A stretch of 64,000 bases of DNA from the NCBI RefSeq assembly GCF_006345805.1, contig NC_042997.1, forward strand, positions 206,398,001 through 206,462,000, in the 5' to 3' direction. Made by a program: the position numbers and the translations under genes. Position 1 is the first letter of the stretch. Each line of letters begins with the position of its first letter. This stretch comes from Octopus sinensis (lineage: Eukaryota). This document shows positions 24,101 to 36,900 of this stretch, one piece after another. The notes under the pieces were generated by a model. It ran no database searches. It was not told the origin of the DNA and worked only from the letters and a program-made list of their open reading frames with translations.

Positions 24101-27100
24101 GCTCGAGTAATTTGCACCCATGTTCATCCATCAGAGACCGAATGGTGGCTTTGTTGCCCTGTTGCCCTCTGCCACCTGGGCCTCTTGCACAGCTCCAACA
24201 CCTTCGTTTCTTAGAGCACACATCCTAGCCCTGCCAACGCACCCTTTGTGTTTGACATTGAAGTGTTAGTTGAGGGCCAACCTGTCGGTACCTGTCAGAC
24301 AGTTGGAAACATCTGAGAAGGTCTTTGACACATATCCAAGATAGTGTTCCAATCCCCCACTAAAAGTAAAAGTTGAGACATACTCAGGAAAACCTGTAGA
24401 CATTGAAAGAAATCTGGCCAACCTGATAAGGACGGTGTGTATACTGCCACCAGTCGAAAAGCACACCCATAACTGCTATGGGCATCCAAGACAACCAGCC
24501 TACCCTCTGGGTCAGGGAATATTGCCCTTACTTTCAGATTCAGACTCTTTTGAAAAGGCACCATAGTACCACCGCTGCCCATTCTTGGCAGACACAGAGA
24601 AAAATAAACGTCAAATTGTCTGGCAAACATGGGGTCGAGGGCCCATGGGTTGTGGAGTCTGGTCTCGCCAATAGCTATGATATCTACATTTTGTGATTTG
24701 ATCTCATTTAACAGGTAACCTTGTTTCCAAAGGGATACCAAGCTATGCACATTTGCACTACCTATTTTGAACATGACATTAACGAAACTTGTGTTTTACA
24801 CTCAGGGACAAAAAGAAAAAGGAGGGAGAGAGAGAGAGAGTCACTTACTGTTTGAAAGTTGGTTGCTTTCCTCCTTAGACGTTTCTGTCAGGAGGTTTTT
24901 ATATAGTTTTTCCGGGAGATATTTTTGAAATCTCTCTTCTGCATTGGGGTAGAGAGGCGGCATTGACTGCTTAGGTTGGTTAAGTCGGTGGGTTGTTTTG
25001 TGGAGTTCTTTCATCTGTTTGTGGAGCTGTTTCATATAGATAAAGGTATAGATAAATAAAGAGCTGTTTCATTTTTTGTGTTGATGGTCATGTGGGTAAT
25101 TGTGCTGGTTTGCTCTTGGTACTCTGGTCTTGTTGTTGTTGTTGTTTTGCCAATTTGTAGTCAATTTTTAAATGGTGTTTGCTACCACAAAGGTAGCAAC
25201 GTGGCCTTCTGCCCTCAAAGGTGACATTTAGGTTCATGCCATCTGGTAGCTTTATTAAATCTGGGAGAATTTCAATTGTCTCCTTATTTGTTTGGATTAC
25301 AAGCTCCACCCCTCATCCAACCCAGTTTTGCTGTTCCAGGACAGCAATTTTAAATATGTTTAAATTTTCTTCAAATCATAACAGACAGCTGACACCAGCC
25401 ATCTTATTTGTATCTCGGAGGGGACATCTTTGTGTCTCACCTCCATCACCCGACAACCAAGGTAAGGGGGAATCATTATCAAGTCCTCTCATTTGAGGAA
25501 TTTCCCTGAAAAATCTGGATGGTGGCAAATCTTTTGCCCCTTGTCATATATGTTTCATAAGCCCATACGGGCCGTAGACTGTTCTCAACTGTTTGTTGAG
25601 TGGCTTGTTCTAGTTTTTTAATCTTTATATTTAGGGTTTTATATATTATTGTTTATTTTTAGATTTTGTCCTGCAAAATGCCTTCTGGGGTGTTGAGGTT
25701 TATACTCCTATTTTCTTTGTTCAATAACTTTTTGCACTGTAGTAGTTCTTCTTTTGTGAAGGATATTAACTGTCTTTTTTTGTCTTAAAATAGCTGCAAA
25801 GTTATTCAGTTTGTCAACTGTAGTGTTGCTGGTGGTAGTGGTTTTTGTAACAGTGGTAGTAAAAGGAGAGATAATAGAGGTGGTTGCACCGTTCATCTAT
25901 TTGCCTTCCCTTCCCATTTGTTTGGAAGGAAAGCTTGTGTCAGTATGCGTATTGTTGTTCAAGTGTGTGTGTGTGAGTGCATCAATGTTTTCTTTTTTCT
26001 TCAAAGTGGTCGGTAATGGTAATGGTAGAAATTCCACTTCTAACTGGAACACAGGAACGCTGATAGTGTTAGCTGCACTGTCCATGTATGTTTCCCAGAC
26101 AGATGAAAATGTTTATGAGATAAGATTTTGCAATATGAAAATTCACCCTTAATGGGCTAATTTTCAAGCAAGCTTCACTCATAGCAAGCAGATGTTGTTA
26201 GGCACCTTTCTGTCAAAAATATATACAGATATGCATAAATACATAGATATATGGACTTATGTGAGACGATGCAGACAATAGACAATCGGATGGATGGATG
26301 GACTGGTGGACTGAACCTAAATCAAGGTAATTAAAACTAATAATAACAGAAGCAGTATTAATAACAAGAAGCAATCTTTATATCCAACTAAATGTGGATG
26401 TTATGTTAGAACCTCAAATACTGTCTTTTTTACCTTGAGAGGACCTCTCATATGGACACACGGTCCATAAAAGCATGCAAATTTATATTGTTGGTAGACA
26501 ACAATCATCTGCTACAGGCACCAGAACTGCCAGATCACGTATTTTCGCTCTGCTCAGGTTCATCAGTGACAGACACCCTGTAGCAACATAACAGCCAAAT
26601 CTCCCTGTCAACGATATATAGACAGTGATGTCACAAATAGCCTGAAGGCTTATTAAAGATAATTAATAGCAACAGAAGCAGTGTTAATACCAAAAGGCAT
26701 TCTTTATGTCCATATGCTGTAATGAAGAAATAGGGGAAATTCCTGTCCACTGTAGAACTGTTTGTGAAGTTCTTTCTTTTTGAATCTTTTCTCTTTTCCT
26801 TTGTCATCTCTCTTATGAATGACCATGACCCTAATTGTTGGACCTCCTCCACCTCCTCCTTCTTGCTTACAATATCAAAAAATAATTACTTTGTACGCTG
26901 CTTTTGTTCCTCAAATATTCTTGGGTACACAAGATGCACCAAAGAACCTCAACTTCAACATTCTTGATAGACATTTCAACAGCAAACACAAGACTCAGCA
27001 GTTTTAATGAGAATGGTAAGTGGAGAGAAGAAACAATACAACTTCAGCTACATGAAGACACCATTGCCACATGTTTAACTTCACTAACACCACATCAGTG

Positions 27101-30100
27101 GTCACAGTGGAAGGTTTTTCTGCCACATCCACTATAATACCATGTCTCCCAGTAGACTGGAAGGTCGTGGATGGAATATCTTTGATCCGAGTGACAAAGT
27201 AGTTTTCCTCATTTCCTTATTACTGATTAGAAAGAAATCATTAAATATTTCAAATATTTTGTTTGTCTTTTGTTAAATTAAATCTCTTCTCTTTAACCCT
27301 TTCGTTACCAAACCGCCCGAAAAAATTTTGGTTAATGTGACCAAACCGCCCAAACCCGCCCGTATTTACCTATTCATATTTAAATGAGAATATCAGAGCA
27401 AATCTCTTTAGTACATTCATGAAAACACGTATTATACTTCGTAAACAGTTCAACTACAGTTTTGTACAATAATCGAAGTGTAATTTTAATTCCGTGAATT
27501 TTGGGAGATTTTTTTCCAAAATTTGTTCCTATTGTGTTTTCAAAATTTGTAATTCTGACAAAAAATGGATACAAATTTCATTATATCAAGCAGCGAGTCA
27601 GAATTCGAAGGATTTTCTACTGAAGACCTTCATAAATCTAACTCTATGACTGAAAAAAAAAAAGCATGTGGTATTTGATAATGAATCTGATGTTTCATTT
27701 TCCGAAAGTGAAAACTGTGAATCTGAGATCTCCGACAGCAATAAAGAAAATGAATTGGCACCTGAATGGAGTGAAAATTTAAAAACTGTTTCTTTCGGTG
27801 ATTTTTCTGAAGAAACTGGACCAAGCCACAGACTTTCCCAGGAAAGTAAAGCCTTAGGCTATTTCTATTTACTTTTTCGATTGAGCCTATTTGAAATCAT
27901 TACGGCGGAAACGAACCATTACGCTAAACGTAAACAAAGCGAAAGAAACGATAGTTTGTTATTTCCCACAACCTTAAATGAAATTAAGACTATTTTGCCA
28001 TAAATATTATTATGGGTATCAGAAAGTTACCCAGAATAACAAATTCTATCGTAAAATTTTGTTGTATACCTAATTGAATATTAGCTAATAACCCATTTTC
28101 TATAGCGATGTTTGAACAAAATTTTAATAATTTTATATTTTGTTGAATTTACCTGTATCTACCTGCAATTAGAGTCACTTTGTGACAAAAATTATAGTAT
28201 AGAATTGGTTGAGAATATTTCATTAAATTATCTTCCAAAAATCAGATTAATATATCAATAAATAAAAAAGTTATAGTTGTTTAATGAAACCAGACTAAAT
28301 TTATGATTACGTTAGAAATTAATTGAAACACATAAGGGGTGTATTTTGGTCAGAAATATAGTAACGAAAGGGTTAAAAAAGCAAAAAATTAAACAAAAAT
28401 GATTCTCATGGTTTTGAATTTTGCAGGAATTTGAGGAATGTCTCCAAAATAAAGACGAAAATGAAGGAATGATGGATAAACAGGAAAATGAAGGATTTCA
28501 TTCAAAAGGTAAACAATTTGTTTGTTGATATTGAATATTATGGTGTCTTCTCTATTAAACATCACTGATTATTATTATTATTCTTTTTTCTTTCTTTTTT
28601 AAAATTTTCTTCCATTTTTCGCCGAGTGTTTTCCGTACACCTAGGGCAGAGAAGCTCATTGTATATATTCCTAGATTACACATGCAAATTCACAGGTAAA
28701 ATATGTATTTAAAAAATTAATAAATAAATAAATTCCTCAATGGATGTTGTTTTCACAGCGATAATGCTCTTCTTGGTATGGATAAGTCCCATAGAATTGA
28801 CACATTTTCTCCCTCAGTCACAGCTTCAGGATGGTGTTTATACCATTTGTCAGCAGTTTTGATTTTATAATGTCGACATATTGTCCAGTGTAAATATTGG
28901 CCAACTCTGTCATGTCTTGCTTTATATTCTACAGGTGCTAAGACTCTACACCCTGAGATTAAGTGGTCTATTGTTTCAATCTCATTGTTACAGCATCTGC
29001 ATTTTGGGTCAGCTCCATTTTTTATCACATTGGTAGTTGCGCGTTAATAAGCTTTGATCTTGAGCAGCTAATATGAAACCTTCACTCTCTGCTTTTAGCC
29101 CTGCGCTTCGTAACCATTGGTGCGAGTGTTTCTGGTCGACATCAGCTTGTTTGTTACGGGCCACATACTTGCCATGGAGAGGTTTCTGTTCCCATCTGCT
29201 AGCTAATTTTTCATGTGTTTTTGTCTTTGCAATTAATTCTATTTTCTTTGCAGCAGCAGTTGGCACATTTCCTTCAGCTTGATCAATCTGGTGTGTATCT
29301 AAGAGATCAGCAGCGAATTTTTAGCTCTCTTTGAGAATAGAGTGAAGTCTTTTCAGTCTTTCACATTGAAGTTTTTTTCGGTCTTTCATGTTTATTATTA
29401 TTATCATATGAAAACTCACAGCTTATTTTGCAGGGTATAATGGAAAGTGTCAGCTGTGCACACCCAGCAGACTAAGGCGACACTTGTTTACTGGTCATGC
29501 TTCAATAACCCTGCGAAGAATTCTTATAGTTCCAAGCAATGTTGATTTTTGTAGGTGTTGTACATTCACACTTGCACCAATCTTTTTCAGACATGTTGGT
29601 AGTTGAGTGCTGATACTTCAAAGGGCGCCAATTCCTATTGGTCTTACATCTACTCTCCTCACTAACCATAGCCTTTATATTCCTTTAAATCATCGTAGTT
29701 GTCTATCTTTTCTTCTTCCACATTGATCCTGTTATCACCGGGTCATGCTACATTGATTATTATGCATGTTCTTTCTTTTTTATTCACCACAACAATGTCT
29801 AGTTTCCTATGTCTGGTTAGGTGATTGCACTGGATCATTACATCCCACAGGATTTTGCAGTTTTCATTTTTGGTGACTTCTTCTGGGGTTTGCTCATATC
29901 ATGTCTCTGCTCTTTGTAGGCCATGATTTCCACAGAGCTCCCAATGGATCATTCCTTCTACATTATCATGATGCCATTTGTATTCGTGTTGTGCCAATTT
30001 TGGGCATTTACCAACGATGTGCCATACTGTTTCACCCCTTGCACCACACATTCTGCACTTGTCACTATTGGAAGTGTTGTCAATTCTGCACTTCATATAA

Positions 30101-30864
30101 TTGATCCTTAATGCTTGTTCTTGAGCTGCACAAATGAGTGCTTTTATCTCTATCTTCAGGTTATTCCACCTCATCCACAGACTCTGGTCTTTTGCATTTG
30201 TCCTGGCATTCACATCTCTTGCAAACTGACCATACATTTTATTTTCTTTCCATAATTTTTCTTTTTTTGTTCATTTCTTCTTTAAACTTTTCTTTACACA
30301 ATTTTCGGTTTTGATGATGTCAGCCTTCTTCGTTTGTTTCAACAGTGGCTCCACAGAATTTTTTATATACCACCCTAAGCTGTTTTCCTCACCATCGATA
30401 CCATCCAGGCAACTGATCAAACTTCTCCCACCCTTTCTTCTGGACAAGTACAGCTTATCGGTGTCACTCATAGGGTGGAAGGTTCCATCTACTGTCAACA
30501 TTTTTCTGGTCTTGGTATCCATTTTCTTCACTTCTCTCTTTTTTTTTTTTCCGCCATTTTATAATTCCCACTCCATACTGAAGTGATGCTATCACCCACA
30601 TATTAACTGCCTGGACTTTATTCCATCCAGTCAATTTTGAGTGCAGCACCAACCTCAGTCTTCAGAAATACTCCATCCTCAGTTGCTCTTTCATTTCCTT
30701 TTCCATTATCTCATTGAACTCTAGTACACAAAGGTATTTGTGTTCTTCCATTTCAATTTGCTTAAACGAGTCTAAATTCAGTAATTCTGTTTCTGTCAGG
30801 GACTGTGCCTTGCATCTTTTTAGGTAGATTACTTCATACTCTTGAATCCAAATTCCATTCTAAA

Positions 30865-30907
<43 letters not shown>

Positions 30908-33900
30908 CATTATTATTATTATTGTAAGGTACAATCATCAGCAAATTGGGTGAAATGTTTAGCTGCATTTCATCAGTCTGAGTTGCATCTTTTCAGGGTC
31001 TATAAAATGAGAACCAGTTGAAAACTGGAGTCAATAAAATCAACTTTTGGTGCCTCTTGAAATTGATGGCCCTGTGCCAAAATTTCCAACCGATATTACT
31101 GTCTATATGGAATAAAGTGGTTCTTTAAATACAGAGAAGAACGTTTGATTAAAAATTAGAAATAAAACAAAGCGCATAAAGAATTTTGTTTATTTTCAGA
31201 CACCGCATCGTCAAACGCATCCCTTCCTGGCTCACAACAGGAACCATCCTCTATGACACCCAGAACTAATGAGACATCCAGAGAATATGATGACATTGAA
31301 ATAAACCTAACAATTGGTTCAATTTCTAATGTATCTGTGAGTAAAAAGATTCATGTAACTTATTTATATTTAATTGTTATTTCATTTCCAAATAAGGAAT
31401 CATTACAGTTAATTAAAACATTTTCTCAATCTAACTCAAATATTTTATTTCCTTCACATCTGATATCTTGAGTATATCTTTTGCTAACTTTAACAACCTC
31501 AAACTTACTACAGCCATTCTGTAGAGCCTTTCTTAACAACAATATCAACTGCAACAATGTATCTCTTTTCTCTCCACGGAATATTCCTTAGCTGTTTACC
31601 ATTAATTACTTTTGTAGGTTGATGTCATCGTTAACAGCACCAATGAAGAACTCCAGCTTGACAGTGGTGCTATCTCCAAATATATTCTCTTTGCTGCTGG
31701 TCCACAGATACAAGATGAATGTAGCCAGAAATATCCTCAAGGTATTTCTACATCTAAAATAGCCATCACTAAAGGATATAACCTCAAATGTAAGAATGTA
31801 TTTCATCTGGCATTACCTCCCTGGGATGAAAATTCCCCCGATTCAGTAAGTATCAATCATATGATATTGATTTATTGAAACAGTTAATGTTTGAAGAGAA
31901 CCTTATGCATGTTGTGTGAGAATCATAAAGCAAATGTCAGCATCCTGTTTAATATTTGTTCTTCCAAGTTACCATTGGAAGGAAGCAGAAGATATCGATG
32001 AACAGGACACTTTTATATATAAATAGAAGGAAAAAAGCCTCATGGCCTAACAACAGTTATGTGACTGATAAATATGACTATATTAAAACATATTTCTCTG
32101 TTTTACTGTCTCTATTGGTGAGTTTTTCTCTGTCATGGCACGAGCACTAGAGAGGTTGTCATGTCTTCAACAACACTAAAGACTCCTCTTGGGTCTGCAT
32201 TCTCTCTCTTCATTCACCAACCATTTTACACGGTGGATTGGGTCTGTTTTATTGTAGCAGCATCATGAGTGAGGTTGCCTTGTCCCTTGCAGGACTAAAG
32301 AGTGATAGGAATGACAGTTGTGTTTAGAAGTGGTAGGAGTGAGAGGAGTTGTGAGAGGAGGATATATTTATTACAACTTAATGGTTTCTTCCTGTAATAA
32401 GAAAATAATTTAATAAAATGTTCATTATCAATTACTAAACAATTAATTTTTTTAGATTTTGGCAAACTTGACTCAAATAATAACCATTTGTCTGGAAGAA
32501 GCTGAGAGAATGGGTGCAAAAAGCCTGGCATTTCCTATATTAGGGGCTGAAATGAAATACCCCATTGAAAAATTACCTGGAATTATGTATGAAGCAGTGA
32601 AAAACTATGCAGATCTAAATTCAAGCCAGATCAAAGATGTTTACTTTGTGATTTGTCCTCAAGACACAGAAATAGCAAAGGTTGGTTGATGTTTTTGTTG
32701 TTTGTTGTTTGATGTTCATCATCATCATTTAACATCCGCTTTCCATACTGGCATGGGTTGGACGGTTTGATTGAGGGCAGGCAAGCCAGAAGGCTGCACC
32801 AGGCTTCAATCCAATCTGGCAATGTTTCTACAGCTGGATGCCGTTCCTAATGCCAACCACTCCGACAATGTAGTGGGTGCTTTTCAAATGCCACCAGCAC
32901 AAGGGCCAGTGAAGTGGTACTGGCATTGACCATGCTCAAATGATGCTTTTTACATGCCACTGGCACAGGAACCAGTCAGGTGGCACTGGCAACAGTCACG
33001 CTTGAATGGTGCTTTTAATGTACCACAGGCATGGGTGCCAATCTGGAAGTACTGTTATTGGCCACGACAATGACTTCACTTGTCTCAACAGGTCTTTGCA
33101 AGTGCAGTTTATTGCCCAATGATTGAAGGGTACTCTTAAATGGGCTGGTTATGCTACACTGGCAGATGCCATGGGTTATTATCTCACTTGGCTTGCCGGG
33201 TCTTCTCAAGCACAGCATATCTCCAAAAGTCTCGGTCACTTAACATTGTCTCAGTAAAACCCAATGTTCGAAGGTCATGCTTCATCATCTCATCCCAGGT
33301 CTTCCCTCTACTGCCAGGTTCCCTCAACTGCTAGGGTGTGACACTTTTTCACACAGCTGTACAGCAGCTGTCCTCATCCATTCGCAACTCATGACCATAC
33401 CAGTGCTGTCGTCTCTCTTGCACACCACATCTGATGCTTCTTATGTCCAACTTTTCTCTCAAGGTATTTATACTCTGTTGAGTATGCACACTGACATTAC
33501 ACATCCAGTGAATCATACTGGCTTCATCCCTTGCAAGCTTACGCATGTCCTCAACAGCCATGGCCCATGTTTCACTACCATGTAGCATGGCTGTTCGTAC
33601 ACATGCATCATACAGTCTGCCTTTACCTCTGAGCGAGAGGCCCTCTGTCACCAGCAGAGGTAAGAGCTCTCTCTACTTTGCCCATGCTATTCTTATTCTA
33701 GCAGCTACATTCTCAGAGCATCCACCCCTGCTGCTGACTTGGTCACCTAAGTAACGTAAGTTATCAACTACTTCTAGCTTTTCTCCCTGGGATGTGACGG
33801 AAGCTGTTTTCTGCCCATTTTTAGTGTTTATTGCTCCTGAGCATTTGCCACACACAAAATCTATCTTCCCAGTTAGCCTTCCTTTGATATTGCTGCACCT

Positions 33901-36900
33901 CTTACAGAGTTTCTACTTACACCTTTTCTACACATCAAGCAGTTCCATCTACCTGAATGGATTTGTGGTTTGTCTGACTTCCTATTTACTAGGACTTTGG
34001 TTTTTGCTAGGTTGACTCTAAGGCCCTCTGATTCTAGACCTTGCTTCCACACCTGAAATTTTACTCTAGTTCTGATAGTGACTCAGCAATTAGATCAAAG
34101 TCATCAACATAGAGGAGCTTTCAGGGGATATATGCTGTCCTGAATTCCTCTGTTATTGCCTGGGGACTATGAAGAATAAGAAGGGGCTGAGCACTGATTC
34201 TTGGTGGATCCCTACCCCTACCCAGAATTCTTCACTGTACTCATTGCCAACCCTCACCTTACTGACAGCATCCTTGTACATGGCTTGTACAGCTTTCACT
34301 AACCATTCATCTATCCCTTGTTTCTACAGTGTGTGAGAGAAAATTATGATGCTATAGGAGAGAAATATGTTAGCATGGAAGATGGTGCCCTTGTGTTTAA
34401 TGATTCTGCAAAAAAGAGGCTTCGAGATGGCATTATGAAAGACTGCTGAATGCGGAGAATGAATTGGGAGGAGGAGAATCTTCCAAAGATTGACCCAATT
34501 GAGGGACCCTGTAGATAAAGCAATTAAGGATATGAAGTCTGAGATAAAGCAATTAAGGATATGAAGACTGAGATAAAGCAATTAAGGATATGAAGACTGA
34601 GATAAAGCAATTAAGGATATGAAGACAGCCCATCAGCAATCACTGTAGAGATGCTTAAAATATCGGGTGGTGTTGGTTAGGGTCTTGTCACCCAATGACT
34701 GGTGTAGCGGCACCAGAGTCAAATGTTACAAGGGGGAAAGGTGATGCTTTATATAGAAATAACTACAGGGGTATCAAATCATTGGATCAGGTGATGAAAG
34801 TTACAGAGAGGGTCATAGCTCAACTAATTAGGGAGAGAGTTAGCCTAGATGAGATGCAGTTTGGTTTTGTGCCAGGCAGAAGCACCACTGATGCTATATT
34901 TCTGGTAAGACAGCTGCAGGAGAAATATCTTGCCAAAGATAAACTTCTATACTTGGCTTTCATTGACATGAAAAAAGCCTTTGACAGGGTCCCCTGGTCC
35001 CTTCTCTGGTGGTCAATGTGGAAACTGGGGATAGACAAGTGGTTGGTAAGAGCTGTACAAACCCTGCACAGGGATGCTGTTAGTAAGGCGGGGGTTGGCA
35101 ACGAGTATATTGAAGAATTCTGGTTAGAAGAAGGAGTTCACCAGGGATCAGTCATCAGCCCCTCTTGTTCATTATAGACCTCCAGCAATAACAGAGGGAT
35201 TCAAGACAGGCTGCCCTTGGGAGCTCCTCTATGCTGATGACCTTGCTCTCATAGCTGAGTCACTGCCAGTCGAAATTTAGGGTGTGAAAGCAAGGTCTAG
35301 AATCGAAGGGGCTTAGGGTTAACCTAGCAAAAACCAAAGTCTTAGTAAATAGGAAGGTTGACAAATCACAAACCCCTTCAGGTAGATGACCCTGCTCACT
35401 CTGTAGAAAAGGCATGGGTAGAAGCTCCTTACAATACACTCGGTGTAAGCTATTAAGCTATGAACACATAAAAGGTTTAGCAATATCAAAGGAAGGTTAA
35501 CTGGGAAGATACTTTTTGTGTATGGCTGATGCACAGGAGCAATAAACACTGAAGATGTACAGAAAACATACTCCATCACATGCCATGGGGAAAAACTAGT
35601 AGTAGTTGTTAGCTTCTGCTACCTAGGTGACCAAGTCTGTAGTGGGGCTGGTTACTCTGAGAATGTAGAGGCTAGAATAAGAATAGCTTGGGCAAAGTTC
35701 AGGGAGTTCCTACCTCTGCTGGCAACTAAAAGGTAGATTGTATGATGTATGTGTGCAAACTGCCATGACTGCTGAGGACATGCGTAGGCTTGAAAGAAAT
35801 GAAGCTAGTATGCTCCACTGGATGTGTAATGTCAGTGTGCATGCACAACAGAGTGTAGATGCCCTGAGAGAAAAGTTGTGCGAAAGAAGCATCAGATGTG
35901 GTGAGCAAGAGAGATGACTGTGCTGGTATGGTCATGTCTTACGTATGGATGAAGAGAGCTGTGTGAGGAAATGCCACTCCCTAATTGTAGACGGAAGCTA
36001 TGGAAGAGGTAGACTCGGGAAGATATGGGATGAGATAGTGAAGCATGAACTTTGAACATTGGGCCTCACTGAGGCAATGACAGGAGACTGAGACCTTTGG
36101 CAATATGCTGCAATTGAGAAGACCCGGCAACTATAGTGAAACCGCGGCCATGGCCGATGCCAGTGTTGCATGTCCGGCCCCGTTGAGAGTACACCTGATG
36201 CATCAGGCGATATGACATGCTTAAGAAGATCTATTGAGTCAAGTAAAATAAAAAATCACAGCTGTGGCCAGTGCCCCCTGACTGGCTTCCATTCCAGTGG
36301 CACATAAAATGCATCACCCCAATGTGGGTGATACCAGTACCCTCTGACTGGCTCCTGTGCCAGTAGCACATAAAAAGCACTATCTGAACGTGATGGATGC
36401 CAGGACCGCTCGACCAGCTTCTGTGCCTGTGGCACATAAAAAGCACCCACTACACTCTCGGAGTGGTTGGTGTTAAGAAGGGCATCAAGCTGTAGAAACA
36501 CTGCCAGATCAGACTGGAGCCTGGTGCAGCCTTCTGGCTCTCCAGCCCTCAGTCAAATCATCCAACCCATGCTAGCAGGGAAAGCAGATGTTTAAACGAT
36601 GATGATCATCATGATCATGATAATCATCATCATACATATACACAAGTGTGTGTGTGTCAGTCCCAGAATACACCACTCGAGAACACATGTTGGTTTGTTT
36701 AAGTCCCCATAACTTATCTGTCTGGTAAACGACATGATGAAACAAGCACCAGGCTTAAATGATCAATTAGTTCAAGTAAAAATTCTTCAAGGTATTGCTC
36801 CTGCAGGGCTGTAGTCTAATGACTGAAATATTCTCCCACCATTTTTTGAAAGTTTCCCGAGACAAAACCTGCCTCTCCATTCTCACCTTCCTTTTCAAGT

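Larger units (their letters stand above)
26309..28560 (+). repeat. Duplicated exon D region, copy 1 (interrupted by piggyBac)
   Basis: Matches 38723-39900 (about 96%) apart from the 27297-28372 insertion. Confidence 0.93.
30928..34015 (+). repeat. Intragenic segmental duplication, copy 2 (exons A'-C')
   Basis: Direct sequence match to 12585-15689. Confidence 0.95.

Noticed and set aside
26631-27137. Small ORFs in the duplicated intron segment (also 39044-39568)
   Set aside because: No recognisable domain, no phase-compatible splice sites needed by the gene model, and reading frames differ between copies
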